Shown here: in pieces, positions 38,412 to 46,931 of the stretch
How the letters are laid out: each line of letters begins with the position of its first letter
How positions within the stretch are numbered: the first letter of the stretch is position 1
DNA from: an uncultured Actinomycetes bacterium
Lineage (GTDB): Bacteria; Actinomycetota; Actinomycetes; Streptosporangiales; Streptosporangiaceae
Direction: 5' to 3'
Length of the DNA stretch: 64,000 nucleotides
NCBI GenBank assembly: GCA_963793825.1
Contig: CAWCBE010000009.1
Span: 11,356-75,355 of the forward strand
The notes under the pieces: model-generated
What the model saw: only the letters and a program-made list of their open reading frames with translations
Told to the model about the DNA's origin: nothing
Database searches by the model: none
Translations under genes and position numbers: made by a program

Positions 38412-39659
38412 GTGGCTGCGGTGCTGCGCGGGCTGACCTGGGATCATCCGCGCGGTTACCTGGTGCTGGACGCGCTGGCCGGCGCGCTCGGACCGGCGAT
38501 CACGGTGCACTGGGAACGGCAGCCGCTGGAGGACTTCGAGTCCCGGCCGCTGCGCACCCTGGCCGGCCACTACGACCTGCTGGTGGTAGACCATCCCGGG
38601 CTAGGCGAGGCGGTCCGGGACGGCGCGCTGCGGCCGATGCACGAGCTCTTCAGCCGGCCCGAGCTGGCCGGCTGGCGGGCCGGGTCGGCGGGTGCCTCGT
38701 TCGACAGCTACCGGATCGGGCGACGGCAGTGGGCGCTCCCCCTGGACGCCGCCGCCCAGGTGTCGGCTGCCCGGCCGGACCTGATGCCGGACCAGCCGGC
38801 CAGCTGGGCGGACGCGGTCCAGGCCGCGGCGGAGGTGCCCACGGTCCTGTGTCTGGGCGGGCCGCACGCGCTGCTCATGTTCAGCGCGATCTGCGTGGCC
38901 GCCGGGTCGGCGCCGGCCACGGCCGGCCGCGAGTTCGTCACCGTGGCGGCGGGCACCGCGGCGCTGCGGGTCATGGCCGCCCTGCTGGCCCGGGCCGACC
39001 CGGAGCTGTCCCAGCGCAACCCGATCGGCGTCCTGGAGGCGATGGCCGCGCCGGACGGGCCAGCCTACTGCCCACTGGTCTACGGCTACGTAACGTATGC
39101 ACGCAGGGGCAGCCCGGGGGGCGGCCCCGCGGAACCCCCCGCGGCTCGTCGGCCCGCCTCGCCAGCGAGCGCCAGCCCGGGAAGGCACCGGCTGACCTTC
39201 TTTGACGCGCCGGCCGGGCGGAGCGGGATCGGCAGCGTGCTGGGCGGGACCGGGCTGGCGGTCACCCGGTCCTGCGCCCAGCCCGCCGCGGCCGCGGCGC
39301 TGATCCGGACCCTGCTGTCCGAGCCGGTGCAGACCGGGCTGTTCGCCGCGTATGGCGGCCAGAGCGCAGCCCGGCAGGCGTGGCAGGACACCGCCGCGGA
39401 CCAGGCCAGCGGCGGTTTCTACCGGGCGACCTGGGCGACCGTGCAGCGGGCCTGGGTGCGGCCGCGGTTCGCCGGGTACCCGGCCTTCCAGTCGGCCGCC
39501 TCGGCCGTGCTGCGCGACGGCCTGCTGGGCGGCCAACCGCACGGCACGCTGGTCGGCCAGGTCAACGAGTTGTTCGTGGACGCCTGGCAGGCCACCCAGC
39601 CGCCTGCCCCGCCGCCTGGTTCCGGGCTGGGCCTCGCGCAACAAAGGAGAACCCGATGA
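38412..39659 (+). CDS. Solute-binding-protein-like protein without a recognisable signal peptide; function unknown
   Basis: GTG 38412 in ORF 38280..39659. LRGLTWDHPRGY...DLLVVDHPGLGEA... resembles periplasmic-binding-fold proteins. It contains an about 29-aa low-complexity insert. Its stop overlaps the next start (ATGA 39656-39659). Confidence 0.5.
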   Translation: MAAVLRGLTWDHPRGYLVLDALAGALGPAITVHWERQPLEDFESRPLRTLAGHYDLLVVDHPGLGEAVRDGALRPMHELFSRPELAGWRAGSAGASFDSYRIGRRQWALPLDAAAQVSAARPDLMPDQPASWADAVQAAAEVPTVLCLGGPHALLMFSAICVAAGSAPATAGREFVTVAAGTAALRVMAALLARADPELSQRNPIGVLEAMAAPDGPAYCPLVYGYVTYARRGSPGGGPAEPPAARRPASPASASPGRHRLTFFDAPAGRSGIGSVLGGTGLAVTRSCAQPAAAAALIRTLLSEPVQTGLFAAYGGQSAARQAWQDTAADQASGGFYRATWATVQRAWVRPRFAGYPAFQSAASAVLRDGLLGGQPHGTLVGQVNELFVDAWQATQPPAPPPGSGLGLAQQRRTR

Positions 39660-40744
39660 GCACACGTGCGGAGCAGCCCGCCGGCCCGCTGGCGGCCGGG
39701 CGGCTCACCCGCCTGGAGATCGAGCGGAAGGCGGGGGACGTGGCCGCGGCGGGCGGCGTGCGCGCCGTGGTGCTGGAGGACGGCAGCGAGCGCGGCATCC
39801 GGGCGCTGGAGTTCCGCACCGGCGGCGGGCTGCGGTTCGACGTGCTGGCCGACCGGGCCATGGACATCGGCCTGGCCGAGTTCGACGACCTGAGCGTGGG
39901 CTGGCGGTCGGCTACCGGGTTCCGCCATCCCGGGCTGCACGAGCACGGCGACGAGGACGGCCTGTCCTGGCTGCGCAGCATGTCCGGGCTGGTGGTCACG
40001 GCCGGGCTGGACCACACGCTGTTCGGCGGGGAGGTGGGCGCGGAGCAGTACCACTACCCGCCGCGGCAGATGGTCCGGCACGGGCTGCACGGCCGGGTGG
40101 CGAACATCCCGGCCCGGCTGACCTCCTACGGCGAGCGGTGGGACGGGGATCACTGCGTGCTGTGGGCCGAAGGCGAGATCCGGCAGGCTGCCATCTTCGC
40201 CGAGCACCTGGTGCTGCGCCGCCGCATCGAGGCCGACCTGGGCGGCACCGAGATCCGGCTGACCGACACCGTGCGCAACGCCGGCTTCGACCCCACCCCG
40301 CACATGTTCCTGTACCACGTCAACGTGGGCTGGCCGCTGCTGGACGAGGGCGCCACGTTCGACGCGCCCATCGAGGCCACGCCCTGGCGCAGCGACAGTG
40401 CGGCCGAGCAGGGCGTTTCGCATCTGGTTTTTCCGGGGCCGCAGCGCGGCTTCGTAGAGCAGGTGTACGAGCATGCCCTCACCCCGGAACCGGACGGCCG
40501 GCAGCGGGTCCGGGTCCGCAACGCGCGGCTCGGCCGGGCCTTCGAAGTGGACTATGACCCGGCCGCGTTCCCCGCCTTCTTCGAGTGGCTGAACCTCCGG
40601 GACGGGAACTACGCGATCGGGCTGGAGCCGTCCACCCATCACGTGGCCGGGGACGCCGCGGCACGCGCGGACGGGTCGATGACCTGGCTGCGCCACGGGG
40701 AGGAACGGCACTACCGGACGGTGTTCCGGTTCCTGCGCGGCTAG
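39656..40744 (+). CDS. Aldose 1-epimerase-fold protein (DUF4432-like)
   Basis: ATG 39656 with AAAGGAGA 6 nt upstream, in ORF 39380..40744. ...RALEFRTGGGLRFDVLADRAMDIG...GLHGRVANIPA...MFLYHVNVGWP...LEPSTH. Confidence 0.65.
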   Translation: MSTRAEQPAGPLAAGRLTRLEIERKAGDVAAAGGVRAVVLEDGSERGIRALEFRTGGGLRFDVLADRAMDIGLAEFDDLSVGWRSATGFRHPGLHEHGDEDGLSWLRSMSGLVVTAGLDHTLFGGEVGAEQYHYPPRQMVRHGLHGRVANIPARLTSYGERWDGDHCVLWAEGEIRQAAIFAEHLVLRRRIEADLGGTEIRLTDTVRNAGFDPTPHMFLYHVNVGWPLLDEGATFDAPIEATPWRSDSAAEQGVSHLVFPGPQRGFVEQVYEHALTPEPDGRQRVRVRNARLGRAFEVDYDPAAFPAFFEWLNLRDGNYAIGLEPSTHHVAGDAAARADGSMTWLRHGEERHYRTVFRFLRG

Positions 40745-40903
40745 CACCCGGGCCGGACCGGTCGGCCGGAATGCGTTTACCGGACAGGCCGGCAGAGCAG
40801 GCTTGGAAAGCAGGATTGAGAGCGGGCCGGCGCGGCGCAGCAGGAATACCATGCTGGTGCGGACGGGTGCTTACCAAACGACGGCCCGGCTGGTGGGGGC
40901 GCA

Positions 40904-41704
40904 ATGTCCAGCTGGTTCAATACGACGATCGTGCAGTCGGGGCGGCTTCCGCTGTTCTGCTTCTTCTGTGCGTTCGTGGTCGGATTCGGTTTCATCCGGC
41001 TTTCTACCCGGCTGATCCGGGCCCAGGTGCGCTGGTGGCCGGGGAACGTCACCCCGGGCAACCTGCACGTGCACCACATGGTGTTCGGTGTGGTGTTCAT
41101 GCTGGTCGGCGGGGTCACCGGGATCGCCGCCCCGAACGGCTCGCTGAACTGGCGGGCCGGCGCGGCCGCGCTGTTCGGCCTGGGGGCGGCCCTGGTCCTG
41201 GATGAGTTCGCGCTGATCCTGCACCTGCGCGACGTCTACTGGACCAGCGCCGGCCGGCTGTCGGTGGAAGCGGTGTTCGTGGCGGCCGGGATCACCGTGC
41301 TGCTGCTGCTCGGCATCTACCCCTCCGTGGCGCCCAGCCCGACGGACCGCACGGTCAGCACCACGGAAGCGGTGATCACGCTATCGTTCAGCGTCGCCAT
41401 CACTTTCGCGCTGGCCGCGATCACCCTGCTCAAGGGCAAGATCTGGACCGGGCTGTTCGGCATCTTCTTCCTCCCGCTGCTCATCGTGGGCGCCATCCGG
41501 CTGGCCCGGCCGGGCTCGCCGTGGGCCCGCTGGCGTTACCAGCGCCGCCCGCGCAAGCGCGCCCGGGCCGCCCGCCGGGAGCGCCGCGTCCGCCAGCCCG
41601 TCGTCAACGTTCGGGTCCGCGTCGAGGACTTCCTGGCCGGCTGGCACGAGCACCGCCCGGAACCGAAGGCCGCACCAGCCCGCCCCAAATCCGACGCGAA
41701 ATAA
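40904..41704 (+). CDS. Integral membrane protein, unknown function
   Basis: 266-aa track ORF with 5-6 hydrophobic helices and a basic C-terminal tail (RRPRKRARAARRERR). Confidence 0.55.
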   Translation: MSSWFNTTIVQSGRLPLFCFFCAFVVGFGFIRLSTRLIRAQVRWWPGNVTPGNLHVHHMVFGVVFMLVGGVTGIAAPNGSLNWRAGAAALFGLGAALVLDEFALILHLRDVYWTSAGRLSVEAVFVAAGITVLLLLGIYPSVAPSPTDRTVSTTEAVITLSFSVAITFALAAITLLKGKIWTGLFGIFFLPLLIVGAIRLARPGSPWARWRYQRRPRKRARAARRERRVRQPVVNVRVRVEDFLAGWHEHRPEPKAAPARPKSDAK

Positions 41705-41897
41705 ACGGCTCAACGGCCCTTCTGTCCACGCGCGCCCAGTAGCGTTCCTCATTCTCGTTCGTGATGAAAGAACGCATCCCGGGCGGGCCAGGCGGGAGGC
41801 GATCGTGATTTTTCACGAATGGCCGGGCAATGGCCCCGGGCGCCCCATCCTGGCCGGGGCGTGCCCGGTGGGCGCACTGCCGTCCGGCTGGCGCCAG

Positions 41898-42323
41898 CTA
41901 GCTGACCGCCGGGCCGGCCAGCACGGCCTGGGTCTGGGTGACCTGGGCGACCAGATGCCCGTCCTTGTCGGTCAGGTGGGTCTGCACCACGATCATGGTC
42001 CGGCCGGCGTGCAGCGGCCGGGCCACGGCGGTCACCGTCCCGGCCCGTACCAGGCGCAGGAACACGCTGCTGGAGTTGGTGGTCGCGGTGCGGGCGTCAC
42101 GGGGCAGGTTCAGGTACGCGCAGATGCCGCCCAGGCTGTCCGCCAGGGCCATCAGCGCCCCGCCGTGCATCAGCCCGCCGGCCGTGCAGCGTTCCGGGGC
42201 CCAGGCCAGCCGCCCCCGGACCTCGGCCGGGGTCGCGGCGTCCAGTTGCAGGCCGAGCAGCGTGGCGAACGGCATCAGCCGGACCAGCGCCGCCGGGTCA
42301 GGCGGCGTCCCGTCGTCAGTCAT
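41898..42323 (-). CDS. PaaI-family hotdog-fold thioesterase
   Basis: 141-aa track ORF. ...GGLMHGGALMALADSLGG... and the C-terminal beta-strand pattern are typical of PaaI/4HBT class II. Confidence 0.8.
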   Translation of the reverse strand: MTDDGTPPDPAALVRLMPFATLLGLQLDAATPAEVRGRLAWAPERCTAGGLMHGGALMALADSLGGICAYLNLPRDARTATTNSSSVFLRLVRAGTVTAVARPLHAGRTMIVVQTHLTDKDGHLVAQVTQTQAVLAGPAVS

Positions 42324-42339
42324 GGCACCTCCTGGGCGG

Positions 42340-43362
42340 TCAGTCGGCGAATTCGGCCCGCACGCCGAGCAACCGTACCGGGCGCCGTCCGGTGAAGCGG
42401 TCCAGGGCCTGCAGCGCCGCCCGCTCGATGGCGTCCCCGCCCGTCCCCGGCTCGGGCAGCGTCCGGGAGTGTGTCTCGGTGATGAACGGGGCGTAGCGCA
42501 CCTTCACCACCACCCGGGCCGCGGGCCGTGACCCGTCACTGATCTCGGTGGCCACCTGCCGGGCCAGCCGGGCCACCTCGCTGCGTACCTGCGCCCAGTC
42601 GCCGAGATCGGCCTGGTAGGTGACCTCCCGGCCGCGGGACCGGGCCAGGTAGGGCGCGCTGTCCACCGGCGAGTCGTCCAGCCCGCGGGCCAGCCGGACC
42701 AGCCAGGGCCCGGTGGCCGGGCCGAACTCCGCCGCCAGCCGCTGCGGGTCGGTCGCGGCCAGTTCCCGGACCGTGCCGATGCCCAGCCCGGCCAGCCGCC
42801 GCGCGGTCTTGGACCCGATCCCCCACAACGCATCCGTGGGCCGGTCCCCCAGCACCTCGAACCAGGTCTGGCTGGTGAGCCGGAACACCCCGGCCGGCTT
42901 GCCGAAGCCGGTGGCCAGCTTGGCCTGGAGCTTGTTCTGCCCGATGCCGACCGTGGCGTCCAGGCTGGTCTCCGCGCGGATCCGGGCGGCCAGATCCCGG
43001 GCCACCTGCTCCGGGTCGGCGGTCTCCACGGCCAGGAAGGCCTCGTCCCAGCCCATCACCTCGGTGGTCCAGCCGGACCCGCGCAGCACGTCCATGACCA
43101 CCGCGGACACGGCCTCGTACGCCTCCCGGTCCACCGGGAGGAACACGGCGTCCGGGCAGCGGCGGGCCGCGGTGCGCAGCGGCAGCCCGGAATGCACCCC
43201 GTGTTCCCGCGCCTCGTAGGAGGCGGTGCTGACCACGCCGCGCTTAGCCGGGTCCCCGTCCCCGCCGACCACGACGGGGCGGCCGCGCAACTCCGGGTGG
43301 CGGAGCACCTCGACCGCGGCGATGAACTGGTCCAGATCGACGTGCAGCACCCAGCGTGGCAT
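42340..43362 (-). CDS. dinB: DNA polymerase IV (Y-family)
   Basis: C-terminal 341 aa of ORF 42340..44271, from ATG 43362. VLHVDLDQFIAAVEVLRHPELRGRPVVVGG...SYEAREHGV...DEAFL...IGQNKLQAKLA. Confidence 0.9.
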   Translation of the reverse strand: MPRWVLHVDLDQFIAAVEVLRHPELRGRPVVVGGDGDPAKRGVVSTASYEAREHGVHSGLPLRTAARRCPDAVFLPVDREAYEAVSAVVMDVLRGSGWTTEVMGWDEAFLAVETADPEQVARDLAARIRAETSLDATVGIGQNKLQAKLATGFGKPAGVFRLTSQTWFEVLGDRPTDALWGIGSKTARRLAGLGIGTVRELAATDPQRLAAEFGPATGPWLVRLARGLDDSPVDSAPYLARSRGREVTYQADLGDWAQVRSEVARLARQVATEISDGSRPAARVVVKVRYAPFITETHSRTLPEPGTGGDAIERAALQALDRFTGRRPVRLLGVRAEFAD

Positions 43363-43511
43363 GCCTGCCCTCCCCGCAGATGGCGCCGGTTCGAGTATGT
43401 CAGCCACGCCCGGCATACTTCCCGGGAGGGGATTCCGGAACCGGCCTGGCCGGGCATTCCGGGGCGGGACCAGGACAGGACGGCACGCGTGAGGCAACCA
43501 GCGGACCAGCA

Positions 43512-43710
43512 CAGCGCGCCCGCCCCCGGCGGGTCCGGTCCTGGCGGATCCGGTCCTGGGCGGTCCGCCCCCGGCGGTTCCGCCCCCGGCGGGTCCGGTC
43601 CTGGAAGGTCCGGTCCTGGAAGGTCCGCCCCCAGCGCGCCCGCCCCCGGCGGGTCCGGTCCGGGCGGGTCCGGTCCTGGAAGGTCCGCCCCCAGCGCGCC
43701 TGCCACCGGC
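43512..43710. repeat. 60-bp tandem repeat x about 3.3, itself built of 12-bp gggtccggtcct subunits, in the dinB/GNAT divergent intergenic region
   Basis: Units start at 43512, 43572, 43632 and 43692 (cagcgcgcccgcccccggcgggtccggtcc...). Confidence 0.9.
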
Positions 43711-43764
43711 GCGCCCGCCTGGGAGGCCGACCCGGTGCCGCGGCCCGGCGCGCCCGCCCGGCCG

Positions 43765-44380
43765 GTGCTGCCTGGCGACCAGGTTCTGATCCGCCCCGGG
43801 CAGCCGCAGGATGTGGCCGCGCTGCAGGCCATCCTGGCCGAGCCGGAGGTGGCGGCATGGTGGGGTGACCCGGAGCCGGCTGCCGAGACCGAGGCCAAGC
43901 TGCTCGGCGGCGGTCCCGGTGAGGCGCTCCTGGTCATCGAGGCAGACGGCCAGGTGGCGGGAGGCATCGAGTACTCCGAGGAGAACGAGCCGATATACCG
44001 GCACGCCGGGATCGACATCTATCTCAGCAGCCGGTTCTCTGGGCGGGGCCTGGGCACGGAGGCGGTGACGCTGCTGGCCGCGTTCCTGATGCGGGAGCGG
44101 GGGCACCACCGGCTGACGATCGACCCCGCGGCCGGTAACCGGCCGGCCATCCGCTGCTACGAGAAAGGCCGGCTTCCGGCGGGTAGGAATAATGCGCGAG
44201 TACGAGCGGGGGCGGGATGGGCGGTTCCACGATGGGCTGCTGATGGACCTGGTCCGCTCCGACATTGCCATGGAGCCGGCCGACCCGGCCCGGCCATCCC
44301 CGGCCCGGACCCGTCCGGCGGCTCCGCTGGCGGCGCCTGATCAGCCGGTCCGCGCGGGAAGAAAGGGAAAGCACCGGTAG
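43765..44380 (+). pseudogene. GNAT-family N-acetyltransferase with a +1 frame change at 44164-44168
   Basis: GTG 43765 in ORF 43192..44340: VLIRPGQPQDVAALQAILAEPEVAAWWGD...IDIYLSSRFSGRGLGTEAV...IRCYEK. It continues in ORF 44192..44380 as AGFRRVGIMREYERGRDGRFHDGLLMDL. Removing one base from gagaaaggcc restores the YEKAGF motif. Confidence 0.7.
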
Positions 44381-44442
44381 TTTTACCTGAGACGCATTTA
44401 AGCGCGCCAGAATTTGCCGAATTGTAATATAAAGGAGGCCGG

Positions 44443-46813
44443 TTGTCAAACGGCGAAGCCCTCCGTGAGCAGGAATACATATCCATGCTTTACGGCCGGC
44501 TCGACGACCTCCGGGACCGCGCCTCGGGCCGGCTTCTCGCAGGTGCTGCTGCAGGGCGGTGGCACCCCGGCAGCCAGGTCGGAGCGCGACGCATTCGTGG
44601 AGATGTACTCCCAGCGGATCACCCAGCTGGACGCGGCCGAGAACGGGCTGTGCTTTGGCCGGCTCGACCTGGCCGAGGGCGAGCGCCGGTATATCGGGCG
44701 GATCGGCATTCTCGACGACGCTGGTGATTATGAGGCCCTGCTGGTGGACTGGCGGGCCCCGGCGGCCCGCCCGTTCTACATCGCCACCGCTTTCTCCCCC
44801 GAGGGGGTACTGCGCCGCCGTCACATCCGGACCCGGCAGCGCACCGTGACCGGCGTGGACGATGAGGTGCTGGACTTCGCCCCGGACTCCAGCGGCACGG
44901 ACGGCCAGACGGCCGGACGCGCCGGGCTGACCGGCGAGGCAGCCCTGATCGCGGCCCTGTCGGCGAGTCGCACCGGCCGGATGACGGACATCGTGGAAAC
45001 CATCCAGGCCGAGCAGGACATGATCATCCGCTCGCCGCACAACGGGGTGACCGTGGTGCAGGGCGCACCCGGCACCGGGAAGACGGCGGTGGCCCTGCAC
45101 CGCGCCGCCTACCTGCTGTACACCTACCGCGAGCAGCTATCGAGGCGCGGCGTCCTGATCGTCGGCCCCAACCCCACGTTTCTCCAGTACATCGGGCACG
45201 TGCTGCCGTCGCTGGGCGAAACCGGCGTGCTCATGTCCACGATCAGCGACCTGTACCCGGGCATCAGCGCCCGCCTGCCCGAGCCGCCCGAGGTGGCCGA
45301 GATCAAGGGCCGCCACGAGATGGCCGCGATCCTGGCCGCCGCGGTGCGGGACCGCCAGACGCTGCCCGCGGAGCCGCTGGAGATCCGGTTCGAGCGCGAG
45401 GTACTGCGGCTGGACCGCAAGACCGTGCAGCAGGCCCGGGAACGGGCCCGGCGGTCCCGGCGCCCGCACAACGCGGCCCGGCCCATCTTCGTCCGGGAGA
45501 TCCTGGACGCCCTGCAGCAGCAGGTGGTCGGGAAGTTCACCGCGGGGTTGCGGGAGACCGACACGATGGTCGCCGAGGTCCTCGGCGAGAAGCCGCCCCA
45601 GGTGGACAGCGCCACGCTCGGCGCCGCGGACACCGAGGATATCCGGGCCGAACTGCGCCAGGACTCCGGGGTACGGGCGGCCGTCGCGCAGCTGTGGCCA
45701 GTGCTCACCCCGGAACGCCTGCTGGACGACCTGTTCGCGTCCGGCAAGCGGCTCACCGCGGCGGCGCCCCGGCTGACCGTGGCGGAGCGGGCCCTGCTCC
45801 GCCGGGCCCCGGGCGGCGGCTGGACCCCGGCCGACGTGCCGCTGCTCGACGAGGTGGCCGAACTGCTGGGCGAGGATGACCGGGCGGCGCGCCGGCGGGC
45901 CCGCGAGGAGCGGCAGCGGGAGATCGCCTACGCCCAGGGCGTGCTGGACATCGTCTCCCGTGACCTGGAGGACGACCCTGAGATCCTGATGGCCTATGAC
46001 CTGATCAACGCGGACCGGCTGGCCGGCCGTCACGAGGAGCTCAGCTACGGCACCACCGCGGAACGCGCCGCCGCCGACCGGACCTGGGCCTTCGGGCACA
46101 TAGTGGTGGACGAGGCGCAGGAACTGTCCGAGATGGCCTGGCGGATGCTGATGCGCCGCTGCCCCAGCCGCTCGATGACCATCGCCGGGGACATCGCCCA
46201 GGCCACCAGCCTGTCCAGCACCTCCTCGTGGGAGCGGGTGCTGGCCCCGCACCTGGGTACCCGATGGCGGCTGGACCGGCTGACGATCAACTACCGCACC
46301 CCGGCCGAGATCATGGCCGTGGCCTCCGACGTGCTCGCCGAGATCGACGACAAGCTGGAGACACCGACCTCGGTGCGGGAGACCGGCGTGGTGCCGTGGC
46401 ACCGGCAGGTGGCGCCCGGGGACCTGGCCACGGCGGCGGCCGTGGCCGCCAGCATGGAGGCGGCCGCGGTGGCGGGCGGCAACGTCGCCGTGGTGACGCC
46501 GGCCGGGCTGGTCGAGGAGATCAGGACGGCGGTCGGCAGCGGGCCGATCCTGGGCAGCGCGGCGGACGCCCCGGACGTGGACCCGGCGGACGGCCCGGAC
46601 CTGGACGACATGGTGGTGGTGCTGACCGTCAGCCAGGCCAAGGGGCTGGAGTTCGACTCGGTGCTGATCGTGGACCCGGCCCAGATCCTGGCCGACTCCC
46701 AGCGCGGCCTGAGCGAGCTATACGTCGCGCTCACCCGGGCCACCCAGCGGCTGGGCGTGCTGCACCCGGGCCCGCTGCCCGAGAGTTTGCGCCGGCTCGA
46801 ACCCCGGCCGTGA
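44443..46813 (+). pseudogene. helD: HelD-like UvrD-family helicase / RNA-polymerase-associated ATPase, with a +1 frame change at about 44526-44536
   Basis: TTG 44443 with AAAGGAGG 4 nt upstream starts SNGEALREQEYISMLYGRLDDLRDRAS (ORF 44443..). The remainder is in ORF 44414..46813 (LLQGGGTPAARSERDAF...GAPGTGKTAVALHRAAYLLY...VVDEAQELS...TVSQAKGLEFD...YVALTRAT). Confidence 0.8.
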
Positions 46814-46931
46814 CGCCGCCCGGGGCGGCCGTGACGCCGCCCGGGGCGGCCGTGACCCCGCCCGGGGCGGACGTGACCCGCCCGGGGCGGACGTGACCCG
46901 CCCGGCGCGGACGTGACCCCGCCCGGGGCGG
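46808..46931. repeat. 20-21-bp tandem repeat x6 ((c/a)cgtgac(g/c)ccgcccggggcgg), each unit with an internal short inverted repeat
   Basis: Direct reading. The helD stop TGA (46811-46813) is in unit 1. The first possible start of the next ORF (GTG 46913) is in unit 6. Confidence 0.9.
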
